Notes: a model not told the origin generated them from the sequence alone. A stretch of DNA of 64,000 nt from Escherichia coli (GCF_024502345.1 NZ_JALDNN010000001.1), one strand, 5' to 3'. Counted from the stretch's first letter, positions 24,820-39,476 are shown. Numbers and translations are program-made.

Positions 24820-24913
24820 GCCGGATGCGACGCGAACGCCTTATCCGGCCCACAAACCCGCAAATTCAATTAATTGCGTCCCCTTGTAGGCCTGATAAGC
24901 GTAGCGCATCAGG
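24820..24913. repeat. REP/BIME element between ycfZ and cobB
   Basis: gccggatgcgacgcgaacgccttatccggcc and inverted gtaggcctgataagcgtagcgcatcaggc. Confidence 0.75.
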
Positions 24914-24927
24914 CAATGCTTCCTGCT

Positions 24928-25749
24928 TTATAATCCCTTCAGCAACTTTTCAACAAATTCTGGCACCACCTGGCTTGCCGGGCCGTAATATTTCTCGGCA
25001 AATTCATTACCAACCTGACTCGGTTCAAGATTCAGTTCCACGGTGTGCGCGCCATGCAGTTTCGCTTCGTGAACAAACCCAGCCGCCGGATAAACATGCC
25101 CCGAAGTACCAATGGCAATGAAAATATCGGCCATCGACAACGCCATATAAATTTCATCCATGCCGAGTGGCATTTCGCCAAACCACACTACGTGCGGGCG
25201 CAAGGGTGCCGGGAACTGGCAGCAATGGCATTTATCTTCTGGGGTAACGTCTCCGGTCCAGTCGAGAACCTGACCACTTTGTGAACAACGAACTTTCAGC
25301 AGTTCCCCATGCATATGAATCACATTGGTATTACCTGCGCGTTCATGCAGGTTGTCTATATTCTGCGTCACCAGCAAAAAGCGATCGCCGAGAGCATCTT
25401 GCAGTTTAGCCAGCGCAAGATGCGCGGCGTTAGGCTGAATTTCTGGCTGCTGCAGCTGTCGACGACGGGCGTTATAAAACGCTTGCACCAGTTCAGGATC
25501 GCGATCGAAACCTTCCGGCGTTGCCACATCTTCAACCCGATGTTCTTCCCACAGGCCATCTGCGGCGCGAAAGGTACGAATACCTGATTCCGCAGAAATT
25601 CCTGCCCCTGTCAGTACGAGTACTCTTGGTTTTTCCATTGCTTCCGGCACCACTTTATCTCTGAAAAAAATACGCTGACGCAAACGCTCGCGCAGGCGGC
25701 GTTTATTTTTACGAAAACGACTTAACCGATGACCCCGACGCGACAGCAT
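24928..25749 (-). CDS. cobB: NAD-dependent protein deacylase CobB (sirtuin)
   Basis: 273-aa ORF with sirtuin motifs ([14 protein letters not shown], zinc CxxC pairs); a shorter isoform would start at MEKPRVLVL. Confidence 0.93.
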   Translation of the reverse strand: MLSRRGHRLSRFRKNKRRLRERLRQRIFFRDKVVPEAMEKPRVLVLTGAGISAESGIRTFRAADGLWEEHRVEDVATPEGFDRDPELVQAFYNARRRQLQQPEIQPNAAHLALAKLQDALGDRFLLVTQNIDNLHERAGNTNVIHMHGELLKVRCSQSGQVLDWTGDVTPEDKCHCCQFPAPLRPHVVWFGEMPLGMDEIYMALSMADIFIAIGTSGHVYPAAGFVHEAKLHGAHTVELNLEPSQVGNEFAEKYYGPASQVVPEFVEKLLKGL

Positions 25750-25764
25750 AGCAACCTCTGTTGT

Positions 25765-26676
25765 TTAATCGGTTAGATGTAGGAAGGCCGCACCACGCAT
25801 TCCTCCCACATCACCGTGGCGCGCGCGTTCAATGCGCGGAACACGAGCTACAGGTAAGAGATGACGAGGCAGCCTGTCCGCCAGTTGCGTTGTGATTGCC
25901 GGGAAATTCGATAAGCCACCACCAATGACGACCAGGTCAGGGTCAACGATGGTCAGGATATTTCCCAGACAAACCGCTAATAAATCCAGATAACGCTCAA
26001 CGTGCGCCCTTGCCTGCTCGTCGCCTTGATCATAAAGCGCAATAATTTCGGGAGCCTGCAACGGTTGATGATAATAGTGTTGATACAGCCACGCAAAACC
26101 GCGACCAGACAGATAATTTTCAATGCAGCCATGCTGACCACAGCCGCAGCGGCGTAACGGGAAATCCAACCCCATCATGGTTAACGCATCAACCGGCAGA
26201 CGCATATGGCCAAACTCGCCGGTAATGTAGCTTTTCCCGGTAATCGGTTTGCCGTTGAAAATCAGCCCGCCGCCAACGCCAGTGCCGAGAATCAACCCCA
26301 TCACCAGTGGATATTGAGTAAATTCATCATCCCAGGCTTCTGAAAGGGCAAAACAGTTGGCATCGTTATCAAGGCGTACATCGCGATCAAGACGTGCGCT
26401 CAGGTCGGCACGCAGCGGTTTACCGCTGGCAGCGGGGACATTGGCGGCATACAGCGTACCATCTTCTGTTTCCGGCATTCCCGGAATACCGATGCCGACA
26501 GAACCTTTACAGCCAAAACGTTGGTCAGCTTCAGCTACCAGCTCACACACTGCATCTAAAAATGCGTCATAGCTGTCACGCGGTGTCGGCACCCGCTTTT
26601 CCAACTGCAACTGCCGACCGCTATCAAACACGCCAAGCGCAATTTTTGTTCCACCAATATCAAACCCGTAATACAT
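25765..26676 (-). CDS. nagK: N-acetyl-D-glucosamine kinase NagK
   Basis: ATG at 26674-26676 gives [17 protein letters not shown]..., 303 aa, ROK family. Confidence 0.93.
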   Translation of the reverse strand: MYYGFDIGGTKIALGVFDSGRQLQLEKRVPTPRDSYDAFLDAVCELVAEADQRFGCKGSVGIGIPGMPETEDGTLYAANVPAASGKPLRADLSARLDRDVRLDNDANCFALSEAWDDEFTQYPLVMGLILGTGVGGGLIFNGKPITGKSYITGEFGHMRLPVDALTMMGLDFPLRRCGCGQHGCIENYLSGRGFAWLYQHYYHQPLQAPEIIALYDQGDEQARAHVERYLDLLAVCLGNILTIVDPDLVVIGGGLSNFPAITTQLADRLPRHLLPVARVPRIERARHGDVGGMRGAAFLHLTD

Positions 26677-26704
26677 TGCCGCTCCTTGTTTTAATGTACT
26701 GCCT

Positions 26705-29953
<3,249 letters not shown>

Positions 29954-30103
29954 TCAATCGGCTAAATTGCCATGTTTTATCATCAATCTTGCCGCCTGAT
30001 CTTAATCTGAAAAATCATCCAATACAGACAGATACCCATTACACCTCGGGTCATAACCCGCAGGATCAACCGCATGTAAATTAAAAAAGAGCGTGTTGTC
30101 CTG

Positions 30104-31177
30104 ATGAAACAAAAAGAGCTATGGATTAACCAGATCAAAGGGTTATGTATTTGTCTGGTGGTGATTTATCACTCGGTCATTACCTTTTATCCGCATATGA
30201 CCACTTTTCAGCATCCGTTATCGGAAGTCCTGAGCAAATGCTGGATCTATTTCAATCTTTACCTTGCACCCTTTCGTATGCCGGTTTTTTTCTTTATATC
30301 CGGCTATTTGATTCGCCGCTATATCGACAGCGTACCGTGGGGAAATTGTCTCGATAAACGGATCTGGAACATCTTCTGGGTGCTGGCGCTTTGGGGCGTG
30401 GTGCAGTGGCTGGCGTTAAGTGCGCTGAACCAGTGGCTGGCACCTGAGCGCGATTTAAGCAATGCCTCCAATGCCGCTTATGCCGATTCCACCGGTGAGT
30501 TCCTGCACGGGATGATCACCGCCAGCACCAGCTTGTGGTATCTGTATGCGTTAATTGTCTATTTCGTGGTATGTAAAATTTTTAGCCGTCTGGCGCTGCC
30601 ACTATTCGCCTTGTTTGTACTGCTGAGTGTGGCGGTTAATTTCGTTCCCACGCCGTGGTGGGGAATGAACAGTGTGATCCGCAATTTGCCTTATTACAGC
30701 CTTGGCGCATGGTTTGGCGCAACATTAATGACCTGTGTTAAAGAGGTGCCGTTGCGCCGCCATCTGCTGATGGCTTCTTTGCTGACCGTTCTGGCGGTCA
30801 GTGCCTGGTTGTTTACAATCTCGCTGCTGTTGTCGCTGGTATCGATTGTGGTGATCATGAAGCTATTTTATCAATACGAGCAACGTTTCGGTATGCGCTC
30901 CACCAGCCTGCTGAATGTGATTGGCTCCAACACCATTGCTATCTACACCACCCATCGCATTCTGGTTGAAATATTCAGCTTAACTCTGCTTGCGCAAATG
31001 AACGCTGCACGCTGGTCGCCGCAAGTCGAACTGACACTCCTGCTGGTTTATCCCTTTGTCAGTTTGTTCATCTGTACTGTTGCGGGCTTGCTGGTAAGAA
31101 AACTTTCACAGCGTGCATTCAGCGATCTGTTGTTCTCCCCGCCTTCACTGCCCGCTGCCGTCAGTTACTCCCGCTAA
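30104..31177 (+). CDS. ycfT: Inner membrane acyltransferase-family protein YcfT
   Basis: 357-aa multi-pass membrane ORF; synteny between lolC and mfd. Confidence 0.85.
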   Translation: MKQKELWINQIKGLCICLVVIYHSVITFYPHMTTFQHPLSEVLSKCWIYFNLYLAPFRMPVFFFISGYLIRRYIDSVPWGNCLDKRIWNIFWVLALWGVVQWLALSALNQWLAPERDLSNASNAAYADSTGEFLHGMITASTSLWYLYALIVYFVVCKIFSRLALPLFALFVLLSVAVNFVPTPWWGMNSVIRNLPYYSLGAWFGATLMTCVKEVPLRRHLLMASLLTVLAVSAWLFTISLLLSLVSIVVIMKLFYQYEQRFGMRSTSLLNVIGSNTIAIYTTHRILVEIFSLTLLAQMNAARWSPQVELTLLLVYPFVSLFICTVAGLLVRKLSQRAFSDLLFSPPSLPAAVSYSR

Positions 31178-31304
31178 GCCATCGCCCCAGGCGGGGCGAT
31201 TCAATTTGCTAAACCATGTCGATTACGGATAATGAACAGCATTGCTTATCAGAGATATGCCCCCATATGTTGAGGCATATCCTAACGAGAATCTGACAAC
31301 CGTT

Positions 31305-34300
31305 ATGCCTGAACAATATCGTTATACGCTGCCCGTCAAAGCGGGTGAGCAGCGTCTGCTGGGCGAGTTAACCGGCGCTGCCTGCGCGACGCTGGTGGCG
31401 GAAATTGCCGAACGTCACGCCGGTCCGGTGGTACTCATTGCACCAGATATGCAAAATGCTCTGCGTTTGCATGATGAAATCAGCCAGTTCACCGATCAGA
31501 TGGTGATGAATCTGGCGGACTGGGAAACCCTCCCTTACGACAGTTTTTCGCCTCATCAGGACATTATCTCCTCGCGCCTTTCCACCCTTTACCAGCTACC
31601 GACGATGCAGCGTGGCGTACTGATTGTTCCGGTGAATACGCTTATGCAGCGCGTTTGCCCACACAGTTTTCTCCACGGTCATGCGCTGGTGATGAAAAAA
31701 GGTCAGCGCCTGTCACGAGATGCATTACGAACCCAACTGGACAGCGCCGGTTATCGCCATGTTGACCAGGTGATGGAGCACGGCGAATACGCCACGCGCG
31801 GCGCGTTGCTGGATCTCTTCCCGATGGGGAGTGAGCTGCCTTATCGTCTTGATTTCTTTGATGATGAAATCGACAGTCTGCGGGTGTTTGACGTCGACAG
31901 CCAGCGCACGCTGGAGGAAGTAGAAGCGATCAATCTGCTGCCCGCGCACGAATTTCCGACCGATAAAGCGGCAATTGAACTGTTCCGCAGCCAGTGGCGC
32001 GATACCTTCGAAGTGAAGCGCGATCCGGAACATATTTACCAGCAAGTGAGTAAAGGCACATTACCTGCCGGGATCGAGTACTGGCAGCCATTGTTCTTCA
32101 GCGAACCACTGCCGCCGCTGTTCAGTTATTTCCCTGCCAATACCTTGCTGGTGAATACTGGCGATCTGGAAAACAGTGCCGAACGTTTCCAGGCTGACAC
32201 GCTGGCGCGTTTTGAGAATCGCGGCGTCGATCCGATGCGCCCACTGTTGCCACCACAATCGCTCTGGCTGCGGGTGGACGAGCTCTTCTCAGAGCTGAAA
32301 AACTGGCCGCGGGTGCAGCTAAAAACTGAACATTTACCGACAAAAGCCGCGAATGCCAATTTAGGTTTCCAGAAACTGCCAGACCTGGCCGTTCAGGCAC
32401 AACAAAAAGCGCCGCTGGATGCGCTGCGTAAGTTCCTCGAGACTTTCGACGGTCCGGTGGTGTTCTCGGTAGAAAGTGAAGGTCGCCGTGAAGCGCTGGG
32501 TGAACTGCTCGCGCGAATTAAAATTGCTCCGCAACGCATTATGCGTCTTGATGAAGCCAGCGACCGTGGGCGTTATCTGATGATTGGCGCTGCCGAACAT
32601 GGTTTTGTCGATACGGTACGTAATCTTGCGCTGATTTGTGAAAGCGATCTGCTCGGTGAACGCGTTGCCCGCCGTCGTCAGGACTCTCGCCGCACCATCA
32701 ACCCCGATACACTGATCCGCAACCTCGCGGAGCTGCATATTGGTCAGCCGGTAGTCCATCTGGAGCACGGCGTCGGTCGTTATGCCGGAATGACTACGCT
32801 CGAAGCTGGCGGCATTACCGGCGAGTACCTGATGCTCACCTATGCCAACGACGCCAAACTGTATGTTCCGGTGTCGTCACTGCATCTGATTAGCCGTTAC
32901 GCAGGTGGAGCGGAAGAAAACGCCCCGCTGCATAAACTTGGCGGTGATGCGTGGTCACGCGCGCGGCAGAAAGCGGCGGAAAAAGTGCGTGATGTGGCGG
33001 CGGAATTGCTGGATATCTACGCGCAACGCGCCGCCAAAGAGGGCTTCGCGTTTAAACACGATCGTGAGCAGTATCAGTTGTTCTGCGACAGCTTCCCGTT
33101 TGAAACCACGCCGGATCAGGCTCAAGCCATTAATGCGGTGCTTAGCGACATGTGTCAGCCACTGGCAATGGATCGTCTGGTGTGCGGCGATGTTGGCTTT
33201 GGTAAAACAGAAGTGGCTATGCGCGCCGCTTTCCTGGCAGTAGATAACCACAAGCAGGTGGCGGTGCTGGTGCCTACCACCCTTCTCGCGCAGCAGCATT
33301 ACGACAACTTCCGCGACCGTTTCGCCAACTGGCCGGTACGTATCGAAATGATCTCCCGTTTCCGCAGCGCCAAAGAGCAAACGCAAATCCTTGCGGAAGT
33401 GGCGGAAGGGAAAATCGATATTCTGATCGGTACGCACAAACTGCTGCAAAGTGACGTCAAGTTTAAAGATTTAGGCCTGCTGATTGTCGATGAAGAACAC
33501 CGCTTCGGGGTGCGTCATAAAGAGCGCATTAAAGCGATGCGCGCGAACGTGGATATTCTGACGCTTACTGCAACGCCGATCCCACGTACGCTGAATATGG
33601 CAATGAGCGGAATGCGTGACCTGTCGATTATCGCCACGCCGCCCGCCCGTCGTCTGGCAGTTAAAACCTTTGTCCGTGAGTATGACAGCCTGGTGGTCCG
33701 GGAGGCGATCCTGCGTGAAATTTTGCGCGGAGGACAGGTTTATTATCTCTACAATGATGTGGAAAACATTCAGAAAACCGCCGAACGGCTGGCAGAACTG
33801 GTGCCAGAAGCGCGGATCGCCATCGGTCACGGGCAGATGCGCGAGCGCGAACTGGAACGGGTGATGAATGATTTCCATCATCAACGTTTCAACGTGCTGG
33901 TTTGTACCACCATTATCGAAACCGGAATCGATATCCCTACCGCCAACACCATTATCATTGAACGCGCGGATCACTTCGGTCTGGCGCAGCTGCACCAGTT
34001 ACGCGGTCGCGTCGGACGTTCGCATCATCAGGCATATGCATGGTTGCTGACACCGCATCCAAAAGCGATGACTACCGATGCACAAAAACGTCTTGAAGCG
34101 ATTGCCTCGCTGGAAGATCTCGGTGCAGGTTTTGCGCTGGCAACGCACGATCTGGAGATCCGCGGCGCGGGTGAACTGCTTGGCGAAGAACAAAGCGGCT
34201 CAATGGAAACCATCGGTTTCTCGCTGTATATGGAGTTGCTGGAAAACGCCGTCGATGCACTGAAAGCCGGACGCGAGCCGTCGCTGGAAGATCTCACCAG

Positions 34301-34751
34301 CCAGCAAACAGAAGTCGAGCTGCGGATGCCGTCGCTATTGCCAGATGATTTCATTCCTGACGTGAATACGCGTTTGTCGTTCTATAAACGTATTGCCAGC
34401 GCCAAAACGGAAAACGAACTGGAAGAGATCAAAGTCGAGCTTATCGATCGCTTCGGCCTGCTGCCAGATCCGGCGCGTACCCTGCTGGATATTGCCCGTT
34501 TGCGCCAGCAAGCGCAGAAACTGGGGATCAGGAAGCTGGAAGGTAATGAGAAAGGCGGGGTGATCGAATTTGCCGAGAAGAATCACGTTAATCCGGCCTG
34601 GTTGATTGGTTTGCTGCAAAAACAGCCGCAGCATTACCGCCTTGATGGTCCGACGCGCCTGAAATTTATTCAGGATTTGAGTGAGCGGAAAACGCGTATC
34701 GAATGGGTACGCCAGTTTATGCGTGAACTGGAAGAGAACGCGATCGCTTAA
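31305..34751 (+). CDS. mfd: Transcription-repair coupling factor Mfd
   Basis: ATG at 31305 gives MPEQYRYTLPVKAGEQRLLGELTG..., 1148 aa; helicase motifs GDVGFGKTEVA and DEEH. Confidence 0.97.
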   Translation: MPEQYRYTLPVKAGEQRLLGELTGAACATLVAEIAERHAGPVVLIAPDMQNALRLHDEISQFTDQMVMNLADWETLPYDSFSPHQDIISSRLSTLYQLPTMQRGVLIVPVNTLMQRVCPHSFLHGHALVMKKGQRLSRDALRTQLDSAGYRHVDQVMEHGEYATRGALLDLFPMGSELPYRLDFFDDEIDSLRVFDVDSQRTLEEVEAINLLPAHEFPTDKAAIELFRSQWRDTFEVKRDPEHIYQQVSKGTLPAGIEYWQPLFFSEPLPPLFSYFPANTLLVNTGDLENSAERFQADTLARFENRGVDPMRPLLPPQSLWLRVDELFSELKNWPRVQLKTEHLPTKAANANLGFQKLPDLAVQAQQKAPLDALRKFLETFDGPVVFSVESEGRREALGELLARIKIAPQRIMRLDEASDRGRYLMIGAAEHGFVDTVRNLALICESDLLGERVARRRQDSRRTINPDTLIRNLAELHIGQPVVHLEHGVGRYAGMTTLEAGGITGEYLMLTYANDAKLYVPVSSLHLISRYAGGAEENAPLHKLGGDAWSRARQKAAEKVRDVAAELLDIYAQRAAKEGFAFKHDREQYQLFCDSFPFETTPDQAQAINAVLSDMCQPLAMDRLVCGDVGFGKTEVAMRAAFLAVDNHKQVAVLVPTTLLAQQHYDNFRDRFANWPVRIEMISRFRSAKEQTQILAEVAEGKIDILIGTHKLLQSDVKFKDLGLLIVDEEHRFGVRHKERIKAMRANVDILTLTATPIPRTLNMAMSGMRDLSIIATPPARRLAVKTFVREYDSLVVREAILREILRGGQVYYLYNDVENIQKTAERLAELVPEARIAIGHGQMRERELERVMNDFHHQRFNVLVCTTIIETGIDIPTANTIIIERADHFGLAQLHQLRGRVGRSHHQAYAWLLTPHPKAMTTDAQKRLEAIASLEDLGAGFALATHDLEIRGAGELLGEEQSGSMETIGFSLYMELLENAVDALKAGREPSLEDLTSQQTEVELRMPSLLPDDFIPDVNTRLSFYKRIASAKTENELEEIKVELIDRFGLLPDPARTLLDIARLRQQAQKLGIRKLEGNEKGGVIEFAEKNHVNPAWLIGLLQKQPQHYRLDGPTRLKFIQDLSERKTRIEWVRQFMRELEENAIA

Positions 34752-34894
34752 TGGTAAATCGGGGGCGTTTCTGCGCCCCCATCTGCAACATTTACAAATT
34801 CTTTGCACTTCCCTGCACTATCCGACACTGTCACCATCCATAATTCAGGCTTATCTGTTTATTACAATAACCTTATATTTATTATGGATTTTTG

Positions 34895-35857
34895 GTGATG
34901 ATCAAAACGCGTTTTTCTCGCTGGCTAACGTTTTTTACGTTCGCCGCTGCCGTGGCGCTGGCGCTACCGGCAAAAGCCAACACCTGGCCGCTGCCGCCAG
35001 CGAGCAGTCGTCTGGTTGGCGAAAACAAATTTCATGTGGTGGAAAATGACGGTGGTTCTCTGGAAGCCATCGCCAAAAAATATAACGTCGGCTTTCTCGC
35101 TCTGTTACAGGCTAACCCCGGCGTTGATCCTTACGTACCGCGCGCGGGCAGCGTGTTAACGATCCCGTTGCAAACCCTACTTCCAGACGCGCCGCGCGAA
35201 GGCATTGTGATCAACATTGCGGAGCTGCGTCTCTATTACTACCCGCCGGGTAAAAATTCGGTAACCGTGTATCCAATAGGTATTGGTCAGTTAGGTGGTG
35301 ACACGCTGACACCGACAATGGTGACCACCGTTTCAGACAAACGTGCAAACCCAACCTGGACGCCAACGGCAAACATCCGCGCCCGTTATAAAGCACAGGG
35401 AATTGAGTTGCCTGCGGTAGTGCCGGCTGGACCGGATAACCCAATGGGCCATCATGCGATTCGTCTGGCGGCCTATGGCGGCGTTTATTTGCTTCACGGT
35501 ACGAACGCCGATTTCGGCATTGGCATGCGGGTAAGTTCTGGCTGTATTCGTCTGCGGGATGACGATATCAAAACACTCTTTAGCCAGGTCACCCCAGGCA
35601 CCAAAGTGAATATCATCAACACTCCGATAAAAGTCTCTGCCGAACCAAACGGTGCGCGTCTGGTTGAAGTACATCAGCCGCTGTCAGAGAAGATTGATGA
35701 CGATCCGCAGCTGCTGCCAATTACGCTGAATAGCGCAATGCAATCATTTAAAGATGCAGCACAAACTGACGCTGAAGTGATGCAACATGTGATGGATGTC
35801 CGTTCCGGGATGCCGGTGGATGTCCGCCGTCATCAAGTGAGCCCACAAACTCTGTAA
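34895..35857 (+). CDS. ldtC: L,D-transpeptidase LdtC (YcfS)
   Basis: Signal peptide, LysM-like region and YkuD catalytic motif (HGTNADFGIGMRVSSGCIRL); start taken at GTG 34895, ATG alternative at 34898. Confidence 0.9.
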   Translation: MMIKTRFSRWLTFFTFAAAVALALPAKANTWPLPPASSRLVGENKFHVVENDGGSLEAIAKKYNVGFLALLQANPGVDPYVPRAGSVLTIPLQTLLPDAPREGIVINIAELRLYYYPPGKNSVTVYPIGIGQLGGDTLTPTMVTTVSDKRANPTWTPTANIRARYKAQGIELPAVVPAGPDNPMGHHAIRLAAYGGVYLLHGTNADFGIGMRVSSGCIRLRDDDIKTLFSQVTPGTKVNIINTPIKVSAEPNGARLVEVHQPLSEKIDDDPQLLPITLNSAMQSFKDAAQTDAEVMQHVMDVRSGMPVDVRRHQVSPQTL

Positions 35858-35875
35858 ATCCTGGATAAAAAAAAT

Positions 35876-35900
35876 CCCCGCGACACGGCATGTCGCGGGG
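35876..35900. terminator. Bidirectional intrinsic terminator between ldtC and bhsA
   Basis: ccccgcgaca-cggca-tgtcgcgggg flanked by A-runs and T-runs on both sides. Confidence 0.8.
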
Positions 35901-35939
35901 AAAAAATCAGCAGTAGCAGGCATTAATGAGGGTTAATGC

Positions 35940-36197
35940 TTATTTATAAATTACTGCTGTTCCATGGAGGGTATTCGGACCGGTTACAGAAGTAATACGG
36001 AAAGATTTTGCGCCCATCTCATCCGCTTTTTGCGCCAGCTGCTCTTCCAGCGATCCCAGATTTGTCCCCGCGTTAGCACTGATTGTACCGACTTTTTGTT
36101 GGCCTTCTGGCGTTGACTGAACTTCGACAGCCGCAAAGCTGGCAAATGACATGGAGCTTAAAATCGCCGCAGCGATGAGGGTTTTTACGTTTTTCAT
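35940..36197 (-). CDS. bhsA: Multiple stress resistance protein BhsA (YcfR/ComC)
   Basis: 85-aa ORF with signal peptide, YdgH/BhsA/McbA family. Confidence 0.9.
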   Translation of the reverse strand: MKNVKTLIAAAILSSMSFASFAAVEVQSTPEGQQKVGTISANAGTNLGSLEEQLAQKADEMGAKSFRITSVTGPNTLHGTAVIYK

Positions 36198-36265
36198 AAT
36201 AGTGGCCTTATGCAGATGAATGACGTCGCAAGCAATTACTTAACGATCGATAACTAAATGATAGA

Positions 36266-36281
36266 TGTGATCTTGATCACA
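36266..36281. promoter_or_regulatory. Perfect 16-bp palindrome TGTGATCTTGATCACA in the bhsA-comR intergenic region (CRP-like or ComR operator candidate)
   Basis: TGTGA-N6-TCACA matches the CRP core consensus; about 70 bp upstream of the bhsA start. Confidence 0.4.
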
Positions 36282-36437
36282 TACAAGATATTTTTTATAA
36301 CAATCATTAATTAATTTAAAAATCTTTAAATTTCATTTAAATAGAAAGCAATTATTTTTATGGGATCTGGACTGGTGAACGGAGGTGATTATTTTTATAA
36401 TAACCTTTCATTCACAGTCACCAGGTATAACGGCATC

Positions 36438-37070
36438 ATGGCAACTGACTCAACACAATGTGTAAAAAAAAGCCGTGGCCGTCCAAAAGTGTTCGACAGG
36501 GATGCCGCGCTTGATAAGGCCATGAAATTGTTCTGGCAACACGGTTATGAAGCGACTTCTCTTGCGGACCTCGTCGAAGCGACCGGAGCCAAAGCGCCCA
36601 CGCTATACGCGGAATTTACCAACAAAGAGGGGTTATTTCGTGCCGTTCTCGACCGCTATATCGATCGTTTTGCCGCTAAGCATGAAGCACAGCTGTTTTG
36701 TGAAGAGAAAAGCGTGGAGTCTGCGCTGGCTGACTATTTTGCTGCCATCGCCAACTGCTTTACCAGCAAAGACACCCCGGCAGGCTGCTTCATGATCAAC
36801 AACTGCACCACCCTCTCCCCAGATTCAGGAGATATCGCCAATACGTTGAAATCACGCCATGCGATGCAAGAGCGCACTTTGCAGCAGTTTTTATGTCAAC
36901 GACAAGCGCGCGGGGAAATCCCGACCCACTGTGACGTGACACATCTGGCAGAATTCCTTAATTGTATTATTCAGGGGATGTCGATCAGCGCACGCGAAGG
37001 TGCATCGCTGGAAAAACTAATGCAGATTGCCGGAACGACTTTGCGTTTATGGCCCGAACTGGTGAAATAA
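36438..37070 (+). CDS. comR: TetR-family repressor ComR (YcfQ)
   Basis: MATDSTQCVKKSRGRPKVFDRDAALDKAMKLFWQHGYEATSLADLV..., 210 aa, N-terminal HTH. Confidence 0.88.
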   Translation: MATDSTQCVKKSRGRPKVFDRDAALDKAMKLFWQHGYEATSLADLVEATGAKAPTLYAEFTNKEGLFRAVLDRYIDRFAAKHEAQLFCEEKSVESALADYFAAIANCFTSKDTPAGCFMINNCTTLSPDSGDIANTLKSRHAMQERTLQQFLCQRQARGEIPTHCDVTHLAEFLNCIIQGMSISAREGASLEKLMQIAGTTLRLWPELVK

Positions 37071-37082
37071 GTCGCAAAAAAA

Positions 37083-37109
37083 GCCCCTCAGCCTGAGCGA
37101 ATGAGGGGC
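37083..37109 (-). terminator. Intrinsic terminator downstream of ycfJ
   Basis: gcccctca...tgaggggc hairpin preceded on the forward strand by an A-run (U-tract on the reverse strand). Confidence 0.75.
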
Positions 37110-37131
37110 CAAATTGCAGAGTACAGCCTTG

Positions 37132-37671
37132 TTATACTTTGTTATTCAAAATCAGTTGCCCATTACTATCTAGCGGGATCTGCGTACCCGGATCGCGGTC
37201 CATGCGGATTTTGCCCTGCTGATCGCCAATCTTATAGGTCACATCATAACCGAGCATTTTTTCTGACTTGTCATACACCGTTTTACAACGCTGTTGCGTA
37301 GTCGTGTAAGTATCGCTTTCCTGGAGAGAGCCCTGGATCTGGTTACCGGCATATCCACCACCCAGCGCCCCCACAACAGTGGCGACATCTTTACCGCGAC
37401 CACCGCCAAACTGATGCCCTATCACGCCGCCAGCAACAGCGCCGAGCACCGACCCGGTAATGCGATTTTCATCCTGCACCGGTCGACGATGGGTCACTGT
37501 GACGTTGCGACACTCCTGACGCGGTGTTTTAACCGTTTCCTTGATTGGGGTTGCAGAAACAACCTGAGCGTATTGCGGGCCACGTTCAAACACGTTCAGA
37601 CTGGCCACTGCCGCTACGCCCAGCGCAGCTGCGACACCAATCCCGATACCCGCCAACATTGATTTATTCAC
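37132..37671 (-). CDS. ycfJ: Glycine-zipper outer membrane/periplasmic protein YcfJ
   Basis: GTG start gives (M)NKSMLAGIGIGVAAALGVAAVASLN..., 179 aa. Confidence 0.85.
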   Translation of the reverse strand: MNKSMLAGIGIGVAAALGVAAVASLNVFERGPQYAQVVSATPIKETVKTPRQECRNVTVTHRRPVQDENRITGSVLGAVAGGVIGHQFGGGRGKDVATVVGALGGGYAGNQIQGSLQESDTYTTTQQRCKTVYDKSEKMLGYDVTYKIGDQQGKIRMDRDPGTQIPLDSNGQLILNNKV

Positions 37672-37798
37672 GGGAACACCTCCTTCTTTGCAGTTATGCC
37701 AATCATGCAAGCGAAGGAGAAAAGCAGCTATCAGACAGAAGATGAAAAGCGCGGGAATGGCTGGAAATACTTAATGATTCGGAGGAGTCTGAAGGAAT

Positions 37799-37885
37799 GC
37801 CTGATGCGACGCTTAACGCGTCTTATCAGGCCTACCGCTCGTACCATTTGTCCAGGGCGGATGAGGCGTTTATGCCACATCCGCC
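37799..37885. repeat. REP/BIME element between ycfJ and ndh
   Basis: gcctgatgcgacgcttaacgcgtcttatcaggcctac and ggcggatgaggcgtttatgccacatccgcc. Confidence 0.7.
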
Positions 37886-37897
37886 AGTGTACGTCGA

Positions 37898-39202
37898 TTA
37901 ATGCAACTTCAAACGCGGACGGATAACGCGGTTAATACTCCCCACCAGCATCATTAATCCGGTTTTAAAGTAACCATGCAGCGCAATCTGATGCATTCGG
38001 TATAGCGAGATATATACAAAGCGCGCAATTCGTCCTTCAATCATCATTGAGCCGCGCGTCAGGTTACCCATCAGGCTACCAACGGTGGAGAAGTTCGACA
38101 GCGATACCAGCGAACCATGATCTTTATACTGATAATTTTTCAGCGGCTTACCGTTCATCTGCGCCAGAATGTTGTTCATTGCGCAAGTCGCCATCTGGTG
38201 TGCAGCCTGAGCACGCGGCGGAACAAAGCCCCCTTCCGGACGCGGGCATGACGCGCAGTCGCCAATAGCGTAAATGTCTGGATCGCGAGTGGTTTGCAGC
38301 GTCGGTTCCACCACCAGCTGGTTGATACGGTTAGTTTCAAGACCACCGATATCTTTCAGGAAGTCTGGCGCTTTGATCCCGGCTGCCCATACCATCAGAT
38401 CAGCCTCAATATATTCGCCATCTTTAGTGTGCAGGCCGCCTTCATCAGCACTGGTGACCATGGTTTGCGTCAGCACGCGAACGCCAAGTTTCGTTAGCTC
38501 GTTGTGGGCCGCAGCAGAGATACGTGGCGGTAATGCAGGCAAAATACGTTCTCCCGCTTCTACCAGCGTTACGTTCAGGGCTTCGTTGGTCAGGCCTTTG
38601 TAACCGTAGCTGTGCAGTTGCTTGACCGCGTTGTGCAATTCAGCGGAGAGTTCTACACCCGTCGCGCCGCCGCCGACAATCGCAATGTTCACTTTGCCAT
38701 TTGCGCCCAGGTTGGCAGAGTATTTCAGGAACAGATTCAGCATCTCCTGGTGAAAGCGACGCGCCTGGTGCGGGTTATCGAGGAAAATGCAGTTCTCTTT
38801 GACACCTGGCGTATTGAAATCGTTAGAGGTGCTACCCAGCGCCATTACCAGGGTGTCATAGGCGATTTTACGTTCCGGAACCAGCAGTTCACCTTTCTCA
38901 TCGCGCAGTTCTGCAATAGTGATTGTTTTCGCTTCACGATCAATATCAATGACGGAACCCAGCTGGAACTGGAAACCATGATTGCGCGCATGGGCCAGAT
39001 AGCTCAACGCATCGACGCCTTCATCAAGCGAGCCAGTCGCCACTTCGTGCAGCAGCGGTTTCCACAGGTGGCTGTGGTTACGATCGACCAGCGTAATTTT
39101 GGCTTTTTTCTTACGTCCCAGCTTATGCCCCAGCTGTGTTGCCATTTCCAGCCCACCAGCACCGCCGCCGACAATCACAATCTTTTTCAATGGCGTAGTC
39201 AA
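37898..39202 (-). CDS. ndh: NADH:quinone oxidoreductase II (NDH-2)
   Basis: TTG start gives (M)[24 protein letters not shown]..., 434 aa; the track ORF is extended 9 codons upstream. Confidence 0.93.
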
Positions 39203-39476
39203 CGTGACCCCCTTAAATTTATTAACCAATTGTTAATTAATGGTTATTAACATAGCTCTTAATTAACAACAGGTTACAGCAATGAAAATGTTCTTCGCTA
39301 TTGAGAATAACATGAATGGTGCATTGGTCATACCAAAATTGATGTTAATCAAGTTTTGTTGCTGAAAAGATAGGCGACTTTACCGGGTGAGATCAAAAAA
39401 TAGAGTTTATTGTTTATTATTTGAGCAAATTCGGAAGAGTAATATAGGGTGAAGCGTATATCGAGGGCGTTTGGTC

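Noticed and set aside
34335-34808. 157-aa reverse-strand ORF
   Set aside because: Antisense to the mfd 3' end; shadow ORF.
38612-39250. 212-aa forward-strand ORF
   Set aside because: Antisense to ndh; shadow ORF.
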